A DNA stretch of 64,000 nucleotides from Pristiophorus japonicus (Eukaryota). The stretch is taken from contig NC_091999.1 in the NCBI RefSeq assembly GCF_044704955.1, positions 43,834,001 through 43,898,000 on the forward strand. The letters run 5' to 3'. This document shows, piece after piece, positions 23,024-36,524 of the stretch (position 1 is the stretch's first letter; each line of letters opens with the position of its first letter). Both the position numbers and the translations under genes were made by a program. The notes beneath the pieces were generated by a model, which worked only from the letters and a program-made list of their open reading frames with translations, was not told the origin of the DNA and did no database searches.

Positions 23024-23971
23024 ATGGCAGGACAGCTCGGTCACGTGATATGCTCCTCCTGTACCATGTGGGAACACGGGGACAAAACCAGTGTCCCTGA
23101 CGACTACATGTGCGGAAAGTGTGTCCACCTCCGGCTACTGACGGTCCGCGTTGCGGAGTTGGAGCTGAAGGTGGATTCACTCTGGAGCATCCACGATGCT
23201 GAGAACGACGTGAGTATCACGTGTAGCGAGTTGGTCTTACCGCAGGAGAAGGGTCCACAGCCAGCGAGGGAATGGAAGACCAGCAGGAAGAGTAGTGCAA
23301 GGAAGGTAGTGCAGGGGTCCCCTGTGGTCATCCCACTGCAAAACAGATACACTGCTTTGAGTGCTGTTGAGGGGGATGACTCATCAGGAGCGGGCAGCAG
23401 CAGCCAAGTTCATGGCACCGTGGCTGGCTCTGTTGCACAGGAGGGCAGGAAAAAGAGTGGGCGAGCGATAGTGATAGGGGATTCAATTGTAAGGGGAATA
23501 GATAGGCGTTTCTGCGGTCGCAACCGAGACTCCAGGATGGTATGTTGCCTCCCTGCTGAAAGGGTCAAGGATGTCTCGGAGCGGGTGCAGGACATTCTAA
23601 AAAGGGAGGGAGAACAGCCAGTTGTCGTGGTGCACGTTGGTACCAAAGACATAGGTAAAAAAAGGGATGAGTTCCTACGAAATGAACTTAAGAAGCTAGG
23701 AGCTAAATTAAAAAGTAGGACCTCAAAAGTAGTAATCTCGGGATTGCTACCAGTGCCACGTGCTAGTCAGAGTAGGAATCGCAGGAGAGCTCAGATGAAT
23801 ACGTGGCTTGAGGAATGGTGCAGCAGGGAGGGATTCAAATTCCTGGGGCATTGGAACCGGTTCTGGGGGAGGTGGGACCAGTACAAACCGGACGGTCTGC
23901 ACCTGGGCAGGACCGGAACCAATGTCCTCGGGGGAGTGTTTGCTAGTGCTGTTGGGGAGGAGTTCAACTAA
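23024..23971 (+). CDS. CR1 ORF1p: zinc finger / leucine zipper plus SGNH (GDSL) esterase domain
   Basis: CSSC..CGKC, heptad leucines, IVIGDSIVR, VVHVGT and PDGLHL motifs; 315 aa open. Confidence 0.92.
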   Translation: MAGQLGHVICSSCTMWEHGDKTSVPDDYMCGKCVHLRLLTVRVAELELKVDSLWSIHDAENDVSITCSELVLPQEKGPQPAREWKTSRKSSARKVVQGSPVVIPLQNRYTALSAVEGDDSSGAGSSSQVHGTVAGSVAQEGRKKSGRAIVIGDSIVRGIDRRFCGRNRDSRMVCCLPAERVKDVSERVQDILKREGEQPVVVVHVGTKDIGKKRDEFLRNELKKLGAKLKSRTSKVVISGLLPVPRASQSRNRRRAQMNTWLEEWCSREGFKFLGHWNRFWGRWDQYKPDGLHLGRTGTNVLGGVFASAVGEEFN

Positions 23972-26925
23972 TATGGCAGGGGGATGGGAACCAATGCAGG
24001 GAAATAGAGGGAAACAAAAAGGAGGCAAAAACATATGACAGAAAGGAGATGAGGAAAAGTGGAGGGCAGAGAAACCCAAGGCAAAGAACAAAAAGGGCCA
24101 TTGTACAGCAAAATTCTAAAAGGACAGAGGGTGTTAAAAAAACAAGCCTAAAGGCTTTGTGTCTTAATGCAAGGAGTATCCGCAATAAGGTGGATGAATT
24201 AACTGTGCAAATAGATGTTAAAAAATATGATGTGATTGGGATTACGGAGACGTGGCTCCAGGATGATCAGGGCTGGGAACTCAACATCCAGGGGTATTCA
24301 ACATTCAGGAAGGATAGAATAAAAGAAAAAGGAGGTGGGGTAGCATTGCTGGTTAAGGAGGAGATTAAGGCAATAGGTAGGAAGGACATTAGCTTGGATG
24401 ATGTGGAATCTATATGGGTAGAGCTGCAGAACACTAAAGGGCAAAAAACGTTAGTGGGAGTTGTGTACAGACCTCCAAACAGTAGTAGTGATGTTGGGGA
24501 GGCATCAAACATGAAATTAGGGGTGCGTGCAATAAAGGTGCAGCAGTTATAATGGGTGACTTTAATATGCACATAGATTGGGCTAACCAAACTGGAAGCA
24601 ATACGGTGGAGAAGGATTTTCTGGAGTGCATAAGGGATGGTTTTTTAGACCAATATGTCGAGGAACCAATTAGGGGGGAGGCCATCTTAGACTGGGTGTT
24701 ATGTAATGAGAGAGGGTTAATTAGCAATCTCGTTGTGCGAGGCCCCTTGGGGAAGAGTGACCATAATATGGTGGAATTCTGCATTGGTATTGAGAATAAA
24801 ACAGTTAATTCAGAGACCATGGTCCAGAACTTAAAGAAGGCTAACTTTGAAGTTATGAGGCGTGAATTGGCTGGGATGGATTGGCGAATGATACTTAAGG
24901 GGTTGACTGTGGATGGGCAATGGCAGACATTTAGAGACCGCATGGATGAACTACAACAATTGTACATTCATGTCTGGCATAAAAATAAAAAAGGGAAGGT
25001 GGCTCAACCGTGGCTATCAAGGGAAATCAGGGATAGTATTAAAGCCAAGGAAGTGGCATACAAATTGGCCAATAATAGCAGCGAATCTGGGGACTGGGAG
25101 AAATTTAGAACTCAGCAGAGGAGGACAAAGGGTTTGATTAGGGCAGGGAAAATGGAGTATGAGAAGAAGCTTGCAGGGAACATTACGACGGATTGCAAAA
25201 GATTCTATAGATATGTAAAGAGAAAAAGGTTCATAAAGACAAACGTAGGTCCCCTACAGTCAGAATCAGGGGAAGTCATAACGGGGAACAAAGAAATGGC
25301 GGACCAATTGAACAAGTACTTTGGTTCGGTATTCACGAAGGAGGACACGAACAACCTTCCGGTTAAAAAAGGGGTCGGGGAGTCTAGTAAGGAGGAGGAT
25401 CTGGGGGAAATCCTTATTAGCCGGGAAATTGTGTTGGGGAAATTGATGGGATGGAAGGCCGATAAATCCCCAGGGCCTGATGGACTGCATCCCAGAGTAC
25501 TTAAGGAGGTGGCCTTGGAAATAGTGGATGCGTTGACAGTCATTTTCCAACATTCCATTGACTCTGGATCAGTTCCTATGGAGTGGAGGGTAGCCAATGT
25601 AACCCCACTTTTTAAAAAAGGAAGGAGAGAGAAAAAAGGGAATTATAGACCGGTCAGTCTGACATCGGTAGTGGGTAAAATGATGGAATCAATTATTAAG
25701 GATGTCACAGCAGTGCATTTGGAAAGAGGTGACATGATAGGTCCAAGTCAGCATGGATTTGTGAAAGGGAAATCATGCTTGACAAATCTTCTGGAATTTT
25801 TTGAGGATGTTTCCAGTAGAGTGGATAAGGGAGAACCAGTTGATGTGGTATATTTGGACTTTCAGAAGGCGTTCGACAAGGTCCCACACAAGAGATTGAT
25901 GCGCAAAGTTAGAGCACATGGGATTGGGGGTAGTGTACTGACATGGATTGAGAACTGGTTGTCAGACAGGAAACAAAGAGTCGGAGTAAATGGGTACTTT
26001 TCAGAATGGCAGGCAGTGACTAGTGGGGTAACGCAAGGTTCTGTGCTGGGGCCCCAGCTGTTTACACTGTACATTAATGATTTAGATGAGGGGATTAAAT
26101 GTAGTATCTCCAAATTTGCGGATGACACTGAGTTGGGTGGCAGTGTGAGCTGCGAGGAGGATGCTGTGAGGCTGGAGAGCGACTTGGATATGTTAGGTGA
26201 GTGGGCAAATGCATGGCACATGAAGTATAATGTGGATAAATGTGAGGTTATCCACTTTGGTGGTAAAAACAGAGAGACAGACTATTATCTGAATGGTGAC
26301 AGATTAGGAAAAGGGGAGGTGCAAAAAGACCTGGGTGTCATGGTACATCAGTCATTGAAGGTTGGCATGCAGGTGCAGCAGGCGGTTAAGAAAGCAAATG
26401 GCATGTTGGCCTTCATAGCAAGGGGATTTGAGTACAGGGGCAGGGATGTGTTGCTACAGTTGTACAGGGCATTGGTGAGGCCACACCTGAAGTATTGTGT
26501 ACAGTTTTGGTCTCCTAACCTGAGAAAGGACATTCTTGCTATTGAGGGAGTGCAGCGACGGTTCACCAGACTGATTCCCAGGATGGCGGGACTGACCTAT
26601 CAAGAAAGACTGGATCAACTGGGCTTGTATTCACTGGAGTTCAGAAGAATGAGAGGGGACCTCATACAAACATTTAAAATTCTGACGGGGTTAGACAGGT
26701 TAGATGCAGGAAGAATGTTCCCAATGTTGGGGAAGTCCATAACCAGAGGTCACAGTCTAAGGATAAGGGGTAAGCCATTTAGGACCGAGATGCGGAGGAA
26801 CTTCTTCACCCAGAGAGTGGTGAACCTGTGGAATTCTCTACCATAGAAAGTTGTTGAGGCCAATTCACTAAATATATTCAAAAAGGAGATAGATGAGGTC
26901 CTTACTACTAGGGGGATCAAGGGGT
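23972..26925 (+). pseudogene. CR1 ORF2p (APE endonuclease plus reverse transcriptase), disrupted by a 1-bp frameshift near 24500 and a stop at 26844-26846
   Basis: LNARSI, ITETWL, VYRPP (24049-24552), then GDFN, SDHN, YRPVSLTS, QGSVLGP, KFADDT (24552-26846); the sister copy continues LPEKVVEA where this one has TAG. Confidence 0.92.
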
Positions 26926-28363
26926 ATGGCGAGAAAGCAGGAATGGGGTACTGAAGTTGAATGTTCAGCCATGAACTCATTGAATGGCGGTGCAGGCTAG
27001 AAGGGCCGAATGGCCTACTCCTGCACCTATTTTCTATGTTTCTATGTGTCTATGTTTCTATGTAATGTGATTCTATTTACGGTGCACTTGGCTAAAGCTA
27101 CACACTTTTGGTCTGGAGATGAGATCATACTTCTCACATTATACAATTTATTCTCATTGCATTTCACTAACTGCCCATTAGTCTGCGAACCCCAGACAGT
27201 CCTTTATAAAATTAGCTGTAAAATGAATCCGCTTGCCTGATCACTAAGCACAGATGTTGAAGGAGACACATAAGAAAGGTGTGCCCGCTTCTGACCAGTG
27301 TTTTATGAGAGAAACTTGTGAATCAGAACCGATAATGTGATCAGCAAACCTCGACATCCAAACCCTTGCAGCTAACTTTATCAGCGACCGAATGTGTAAC
27401 AGACACGGGTAACAGGAACACGGTGTATCAGGACATAGCGGTATGTTACAGAATATCACAGGAACAAATGCTTCATCTCCAGCAGAAACAGATCACAATC
27501 TGGGCATTTCACAACCCAATGGTAGCCGGGCTATGAGAGGGGTTATTCAGGGATCCAAATCAGCTCAAATTACACCGCACACTGCGCGGCTACTAATGAG
27601 GAATAATGGAGACATTAGTTTAGACCAGGCGCAGAATTCTGTGAGAATATTAAAGAAGTGCAGCTGGCACTTCTCTGTGAGAATATTCAAAGCAATTAAA
27701 TCTGTTTTAGTTACTTTGCGAATCTCACTCATCTCTCTGCAATGTAGGGTGGGGCCATTAAACCTCACTCCAGTACTTCATGCTGTACTGATTAACGGGA
27801 CTGGATGTCTAGAATGGTCTTTATTTGGAAATAGTTTACAGTCGATACCGTGTGGATCAATTCATTATTTTCCAATCCTATTTTATAAAATGGTGAGCAT
27901 GAAATTTACGGACAATCATTCTCGAGATGTTATACCATGTAAAATGTTTCTTGTTTTAAAAGTGCTACTGAATAATTTAATGTTCAAACAGTTAAATACG
28001 ATCTTTCTCCCATTCTTGTTCACGCTAATCTGAATCACACAACTTTTGGCAGTAACCCAACCGACTGCCGTCAGCGAGCATCGAACACCAGTGGCATTTA
28101 CATGAAGCATGTGGGGTTCTGTGCAGTCCATCAAAGGTCTGTTTTCTCACTACTGACCGCATACCTGGAAGCCAACTTTAAAACCTTTACATTATCAAAA
28201 TACACATTTTTATACACATCTGCCCAGTAACAGTACTGGAGTTAAGTTTAATTTTTTTCGACATGTAAATGTGTGTAACTGTTCCCATATCCCAGGAAAG
28301 GAAATATATCCAATGTCTCAGATACAATGTCAGTAGTGGCAGTCAGCTGGAGTATCAGTACCG

Positions 28364-28603
28364 NNNNNNNNNNNNNNNNNNNNNNNNNNNNNNNNNNNNN
28401 NNNNNNNNNNNNNNNNNNNNNNNNNNNNNNNNNNNNNNNNNNNNNNNNNNNNNNNNNNNNNNNNNNNNNNNNNNNNNNNNNNNNNNNNNNNNNNNNNNNN
28501 NNNNNNNNNNNNNNNNNNNNNNNNNNNNNNNNNNNNNNNNNNNNNNNNNNNNNNNNNNNNNNNNNNNNNNNNNNNNNNNNNNNNNNNNNNNNNNNNNNNN
28601 NNN
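28364..28603. other. Assembly gap or masked sequence (240 N)
   Basis: Run of N. Confidence 1.
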
Positions 28604-30050
28604 TCAGTGCTGGGTCTACGACTGTTCACATTTTATATTAATGATTTCGATTTTGGAGTCGAAAACACAATTTCTAAATTTTCAAATGCACGAGTGGGGG
28701 GCGGGTCGGGGTTTAAATACTGTGGAACACTGCTACGAATTGCAAGAATGCATGAATTGACTAATTAATTTCAACACAGATAATTATGAGGTATTATGTT
28801 TTGGTAAGAAAAATAAGGTCACTTATCACTTATAAAATAAGAATCCTAGTGAGATGGAGGAACCAAAGTCTCTGAGAGTGCAAATACACACATCATTAAA
28901 AGTAGCAACACAATTAATAATACCATAAAAAGAAGGAAACATGCACGCGGGTTTATTTCTGGAGGGATAGAATTGAAAAGTGCAAAAGTTATGCTAAACT
29001 TGGTGATACCACATTTGAAGTACTTTGTACAATTGTGCCAAACCCACGCCCTTTCTCCGAAGCCCTGCATATGTTTCCATTTAGATATGTGGATAGTGCA
29101 GGGAAGTGCAGTTGAGGTAGAAGTTCAGCTATGATCCCGTTGAATGATGGGACATGCTCGAGGAACCGTATGGCCTACTCCTGCTCCCAATTCTTATGTT
29201 CTTATGTTCTGATTTTCTAGAAAATATGGTCCTTAGATACACAATCTCTCCTCATAGGACAGCCGCCGCCCCACCCCCCCGACCCCTGCTCCGCCATCCC
29301 AGGAATCAGGCTGATGCACCTTTGATGCACTCCCTCTAAGGCAAGTATATCCTTCCTTAGTTTAGGAGAAATAAACTGCACACAATACACCAGGTGTAGT
29401 CTCAGCAGCGCCCTATAGAAGTGCATAAAGGCTTCTTTGCTCTAATACTCCAATCCTTTTGCAATAAAATGTTGCTTACCATTTGCTTTCCTAATTGGTC
29501 ACTTTGTCTCTATGTTAGCTTTCTGTGATTCGTGTACAAGCCCATCCAGGTCTTTCTGAGTAGCAACATTACCCACTTTCACAGCATCCAAAAAATATTC
29601 TGCGTTTCTATTTGTCCTATCAAAATGCGTAACTTCACACTTCTCCACATTATATTCAATCTGTCATGTCCTTGCCCACTCACCTACCTTGTCAATATGC
29701 CTTTGCGGCCTCCTTACTTGCTCCTCACTGTTTACTGTCCTACCTAACTTTGTTTTGTAAAGTACACTAATTTAAGTCATCTTTCTATACACGTGTAGAA
29801 GTACAAACAGTCTGTTTTTAGGTTTTTGATAGCTTATTTAATTTTATATTTTCTCCCATATTATCAGTTGCATGTGCATCTTTTGCAGAATTCTAATATC
29901 TTCCCAATTTTCGGGCTTACTACTGGTTTTGTCAACATTCTACGCAAGTTCAATTAATTGAATACTATCTTTAATTTCCTTTGTTAGCCACATTTGCACC
30001 ATTTTTCCTGTCAGGTTTTTATTCATTATGGAAGTTTATCTAATCTGACG
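28604..30050. mobile_element. Old CR1 fragments in both orientations (+ 28604-29210; - 29290-30050)
   Basis: RT remnants such as YRALLRLHLVYCVQF..LRKDILALEGV and a TTCTTATG tail at ~29200. Confidence 0.75.
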
Positions 30051-30859
30051 GCTCTGTATTATGAACTGAAGGTGAATTTGCAAAATCATTTTGCAAATTC
30101 CGCCCTTGATACTTTTTGATCATCTGCACCTCTTGTGGTTCGCTCTAAAAACAAATCCTCTGCGTAAACGTTCAAGTACGTTATAGTGGTTGGAATTGTG
30201 AATCATGTTTAAATTAAGCTCTGGGGCCTACAGCTGATATCCTTTATCAGCAGGTGGCGTCAGTGATCATATTGAAAGATGAGTCATGTGGAGACGGATG
30301 TTGCTGAGCATTTCAGTCACCGTCTGCATTGTCAACACAAGTAATAGCATTTTAACAATATAATTAATGCTCAGATTACTTCTCAGTTAGTCAAATTTGA
30401 AAGGAGCATGTATCCTTCGAAATAATCTGAAGGGCAAAGAAAGATAGCATTATTTCAATGCACACTTTAGGAAGATTGTCGGGCTGTTGCCGAGGATGCA
30501 GTGGAGATTGCTGCAAGGCATGAGGGAGTTCAATTATGTAGACACGAGAGAGGATGGGATTATTCTTATTATAGCAGGGAATGCTTAGGGCGGAATTAAC
30601 AGAGGTTTTCAAAATTGTGAAGGGGTTTCATAGTGTTGATAGGAAGGTAGGGTTTCCATCGGCAGGACTAACCAGAGGACAAAGATTAAGATGATTGATA
30701 AAATAAATAAAAGATGGGAGATAAGGAGATTTTTTATGCAGCGAGTTGTAATAACCTGGAATGTATTGTCTTAAAGGGTGATGGCAGCAGATTCAATTAT
30801 AACTTTCAAATCGGGAAATGATATATATTTGAAAATGAAAGATGATCTGTGTAATAAAA

Positions 30860-32940
30860 AGAGAGACAGTGTCGAGGATAATATAAACAGAGACAGTGCC
30901 TGGCGTAATATAAACAGAGACTGGATCGAGTGTAAAAAAACAGAGACAGCATTCAGTTTAATGTAAAAAGAGACAGGGTCAGTACTTAAGGAGGTGGCCT
31001 TGGAAATAGTGGATGCATTGACAGTCATTTTCCAACATTCCATTGAATCTGGATCAGTTCCTATGGAGTGGAGGGTAGCCAATGTAACCCCACTTTTTAA
31101 AAAAGGAGGGAGAGAGAAAACAGGGAATTACAGACCGGTCAGCCTGACATCGGTAGTGGGTAAAATGATGGAATCGATTATTAAGGATGTCATAGCAGTG
31201 CATTTGGAAAGAGGTAATATGATAGGTCCAAGTCAGCATGGAGTTGCGAAAGGGAAATCATGCTTGACAAATCTTCTGGAATTTTTTGAGGATGTTTCCA
31301 GTAGAGTGGACAAGGGAGAACCAGTTGATGTGGTATATTTGGACTTACAGAAGGCTTTCGACAAGGTCCCACACAAGAGATTAATGTGCAAAGTTAAAGC
31401 ACATGGGATTGGGGGTAGTGTGCTGACATGGATTGAGAACTGGTTGTCAGACAGGAAGCAAAGAGTAGGAGTAAATGGGGACCTTTCAGAATGGCAGGCA
31501 GTGACTAGTGGGGTACCGCAAGGTTCTGTGCTGGGGCCCCAGCTGTTTACACTGTACATTAATGATTTAGACGATGGGATTAAATGTAGTAAATCCAAAT
31601 TTGCGGATGACACTAAGTTGGGTGGCAGTGTGAGCTGCACGGAGGATTCTATGAGGCTGCAGAGCGACTTGGATAGGTTAGGTGAGTGGGCACATGCATG
31701 GCAGATGAAGAATAATGTGGATAAATGTGAGGTTATCCACTTTGGTGGTAAAAACAGAGAGACAGACTATTATATGAATGGTGACAGATTAGGAAAAGGG
31801 GAGGTGCAAAGAGACCTGGGTGTCATGGTACATCAGTCATTGAAGGTTGGCATGCAGGTACAGCAGGCGGTTAAGAAAGCAAATGGCATGTTGGCCTTCA
31901 TAGCGAGGGGATTTGAGTACAAGAGCAGGGACGTGTTGCTACAATTGTACAGGGCCTTGGTGAGGCCACACCTGGAGTATTGTGTACAGTTTTGGTCTCC
32001 TAACCTGAGGAAGGACATTCTTACTATTGAGGGAGTGCAGCGAAGGTTCACCAGACTGATTCCCGGGATGGCGGGACTGACCTATCAAGAAAGATTGGAT
32101 CAACTGGCCTTGTATTCACTGGAGTTCAGAAGAATGAGAGGGGACCTCAAAGAAACGTTTAAAATTCTGACGGGGTTAGACAGGTTAGATGCAGGAAGAA
32201 TGTTCCCAATGTTGGGGAAGTCCAGAACCAGGGGACACAGTCTAAGGATAAGGGGGAAGCCATTTAGGACCGAGATGAGGAGGAATTTCTTCACCCAGAG
32301 AGTGGTGAACCTGTGGAATTTTCTACCAGAGAAAGTTGTTGAGGCCAATTCACTAAATATATTCAAAAAGGAGTGAGATGAAGTCCTTACTACTAGGGGA
32401 ATCAAGGGATATGGTGAGAAAGCAGGAATGGGGTACTGAAGTTGCATGTTCAGCCATGAACTCATTGAATGGCGTTGCAGGCTAGAAGGGCCGAATGGCC
32501 TTCTCCTGCACCTATTTTCTATGTTTCTATGTTTCTATACAGGGTCTAGTATAATATACAGAGGGACAAATTCTACTGTAATTTAAATAGAGACATGGTC
32601 TAGTGTAATATAAACAGGGATCGTGTCTAGATAATTATAAACAGATACAGTATCTAGTGTAATTGAAAAGAGAGACAGGGTCTAGTGTAATATAAACTGG
32701 GGCAGGGTTTAGTACAATATTAACAGAGGCAGCGTCTAGTGTAATATAAGCAGAGACAGGGTGTAGCGTAATATAATCAGGGACAGAGTCTAGGGTAATA
32801 TAAACAGGGACAGGGTCTAGGGTAATATAAACAGGGACAGGGTCTAGTGTAATATAAACAGAGACAGGATCTTGTGTAATATAAACAGAGACTGGTTATA
32901 ATGTAATATAAACAGGAACAGGGTCTAGTGCAATATTAGA
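30860..32940 (-). repeat. 27-bp satellite in reverse orientation, interrupted by a CR1 insertion
   Basis: AGAGACAGGGTCTAGTGTAATATAAAC units at 30860-30980 and 32539-32940. Confidence 0.85.
30981..32538 (+). mobile_element. 5'-truncated young CR1 copy of the same family as 22634-27056, with 8-bp TSD
   Basis: 460-aa open RT ORF nearly identical to the upstream copy; ACAGGGTC at 30973-30980 and 32539-32546; (TTTCTATG)n tail. Confidence 0.93.
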
Positions 32941-35900
32941 TAGAAGTACAGATAGATGGATAGAAGTACGAATCGAATGACGGATGGACAGACGGACAGT
33001 CCGACCGACCAAACGACAGATAGACAGACGGATAGACAGTCAGAAAGACATGAAGATTTGCAAGGTTGGAATGTTGCTATCAAATTATTCTAGACATTCT
33101 GCGTGGTTAAATTACCCTAGACTCTGTTTAATTATAACTGCTGTGGACCATCTCTCTATTCAGATTGCACAAGGCCCTGTCTCAGTTATTACTGCACTAG
33201 TCTCGGGATCTATTTTATTACTGTAGATCCTGTCTCAGTTACACTGCACTAGATCCTGTCCCTGTTCATATTATGCAAGGCTCTGTATCAGTTATCACAG
33301 TACCTGACCGTCCGTTATAATACATTAGATTCTGTCACAGTTACTACTGAACTAGACGCTGCCTCTGTTTATATTACCATATACCCTATTTCTGTCAATA
33401 TTTCACTAGTCCTTGTGCTGTTTATATTACACTGGACTCTGTCTCAGTTTACATTGCAATAGAAAATGTCAACGTTTATAATACAATAGATCATGTATTA
33501 GTTATTATTACAGCAAGATATCCTTTATTATGTTATGTTGAACCCTGACACAGTTTATATTATTCTAGCCCCTGTCTCTTTATAATAGATAGGCCCTGCC
33601 TCTGTTTATATTATACTAGACCCTGTCTCTGTTTATATTACACTAGCCCCTGTCTCTATTTTTATTCACTAGACCCTGTCTCAGTTTATATTATACTAGA
33701 ACCTGTATTTTTTTTAATAAACTCGACACTGCCTCTGTTTATGTTAAACTAGACTCTGTATTTTTCATGTTACACTGGACCCTGTATCTGTTTATATTAC
33801 ACAAGACCCTGTCTCTTTTCATATTTCACGAGACCCTGTATCTGTTTATATTACACTAGACGCTGCCTCTGTTCATATTACACTAGACGCTGTGTCTGCT
33901 TATTTTACACTAGACCCTGCCACTGTATATATTACACTATATGCTCTCTCTGTCTATGTTACAATTGGACCTGTCTCGGTTATTACGACACTGCAGCTTG
34001 GGGTATAGATGTGTCTACATAGTTCAAATTGAACAATCCGAGTGGCTGAGGGTCATAGGTCGCACTGATGTAGCTATGGCGACCAATTCACGTTGATGAC
34101 GCTGCATTGTTGTGAACAATGATGTCACCCTTTGTTTACGTGTTGCTGACGTGAACATGTCAAACAGGCAAAAACGAAATGCAAGTTTCAGGAAGGTGCA
34201 CTGATAATAACATTTTTCTGGGATAGTGATGTCACACTGTGCCATCAAACATTCCCAGGGCACGTACAGCGCGGGTCTATGCAGAGTAAAGCTCCCTCGA
34301 TGTTGTCCCAGCAAACACTCCCAGCGCAGTTACAGCATGAGTCGAGAAACAGTAAAGCTCCCTCTACATCGTCCCATCAGACACTCCCAGTACACGTACA
34401 GCACGGTTTAGATAGAGAGTAAAGGTTGTTCTGCACCGACCCATCAAACTCTCCCAGGGCAGGTACAGCACTGGTCTATGCAGAGTAAAGCTCCCTCCAC
34501 ATTGTCCCATCAAGCACTCCCAGGGATGGTACAGCACAAGTTAGCTACAGAGTAAAGCTCCCTCTACCCCATCTGATCAAACACACCCAGGGCAGGTACA
34601 TCAATGGTTAGATGCAGAGTAAAGGTCTCGCTACAGAGTCCCATCAAACACCCCCAAATCATTGAGTTCACACAATATATTTTATTATAATGCTGCCTCT
34701 CCGCACACCCACCAATTTGGTTTGAGGCCTGGAAATAGACCTTAGGGAACATTTGTGATAGACATTGACTTCGTATTGTGAGGTAAAGATAATGACGCAT
34801 TCTTTAGAGGCAAGGCAGAAGGTGGGGATAGCAGAGAGAAGCAGAGAGGGAGGGGAAACAGGGAATTGCCACTAATGCATTTGAGCTGTCACTATATACG
34901 GTGACTAGAATCTTTCCCCATTCTGACCGTGGATATCATCGTTAATTTGTTCACCAATAACTGAAAGAAATCTCCGAAACATCAATTGTTGCTGGAATCC
35001 GTTGAGACATTAGCATTTCTCTCTCTGTTTATTTCTATTCTGTATTGATGAGGAAACATTTATTGTGTTTCTATCATTCACTATTCTAATCTGGGACTTC
35101 TATTTATGTGTTTATTTACATAAACACCTCACTGGTTTCCATGACGTGTTCATGGCAGCAAGACCAGATCCACAAAGTCATTAACTGATTAGTTTAACAC
35201 ACAGCACGGGTTTATTTTATGAATATTGACAGTTGGTATGAAGAAATGGAAATATCTCCAGCAGTGACATCGGTTTTTGGTTTGTTCAATTAGAAGAGAT
35301 GTGATTTATATCAAAGAGAAAATATTAAAATTAAAAATTCAATTCTGAATATTCTGCTCCCAAAGTCAGTGGAACTTCTCTGAACAGATCAGTAATTCAC
35401 TGGATGTCCATTTAGCATAAGATTCCAGCCATGTAAACTAAACAAGTAAAAACTGCAACCAGAGGAGTAACCCATTGCAAAGTGTATTTAAATGTTGACA
35501 TTTAGAAATAACTTTCACGACTTTCATGTCCTCGGACTGTCCAAAAGCACTTTACAATGAAGTACATTTGAAGTGTAGTCACTTTTGTAATGTAGGAAAC
35601 GTGGAGGTAAATTGCGCACAGGAAGCTCCCACAAACGTAATGTGATAATAACCACAGAATCTATATTTTAGTGATGCTGGTTAATGGATAAATATGTGTA
35701 ATGGACATCGGGTTGAACTCCACTGTTATTTAAAATCGTACCATTCAATCTCTTACATCCAACTGTGAGGGAAGAGTCAGCAGATGTAACGTCTCATCCG
35801 AAAGACTACCCCCTCCCCCACCCCGCCACCCCGGTACTGGTACCAGGAGTGTCAACCGAGATTATGTGCTCAGTCTTTGGAGAGGGGTTTGAACCCACAG

Positions 35901-36524
35901 CCTTCTCACTCAGAGGCTACTGTAATCCCATTGTAGCGGGGCTTTAGCACACCACAGCTTTATTTGTTAGATGTTGTAATTTAGTTCCGAGTGTCCAAAG
36001 TTCAGTGCCTGAGACTAGTCCTGCACAGTCGGTTTATTTCCCGGGGATAATGCTCTTATCTTGCCTGGGATGATATTCCGGCACTTGTAAAATGTGATTT
36101 CCATATCAAATCTTAGCGACTTCGCATCTGGATGTCCGTGAGGTGCATCAGTCGAGCAGCAGGAAACTGGGACGGTGCTCCTTAGATCCGAGAATGTTTA
36201 GGGTGATTTAATAGGGGTGATCAAAATTATGAGGAGCTTTAATCGAGTAAATAGTTAGAAATCTTTTCCACTGGTAGGACGTACATTAACCACAAGCCAG
36301 AGATTTAATATGTATTACTGCACTAGATCCTGTCCCTGCTGAGATTACACTAGATCCTATCCCTGTTTACATTACTCGAGACCCTGTCTCTGTTTATATT
36401 AACTTGGACCCCATCTCTCTTTATATTACACTAGATATTGTCTCTGTTTATAGTACACCAGGCCCTGTTTCTGTTTATATTACACGAGACCCTTTCTCCG
36501 TTTATATTTCACGAGACTCTGTCT

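Larger units (their letters stand above)
22634..27056 (+). mobile_element. Near full-length CR1 LINE with 5' UTR repeats, ORF1, ORF2, (TTTCTATG)n tail and TSD
   Basis: TCTATGTAA at 22625-22633 and 27057-27065 flanks the element; ORF1 and APE-RT ORF2 present; terminal 8-mer repeats. Confidence 0.95.

Noticed and set aside
27443-28033. 196-aa ORF upstream of the cluster
   Set aside because: No recognisable domain or splice structure; likely a chance ORF
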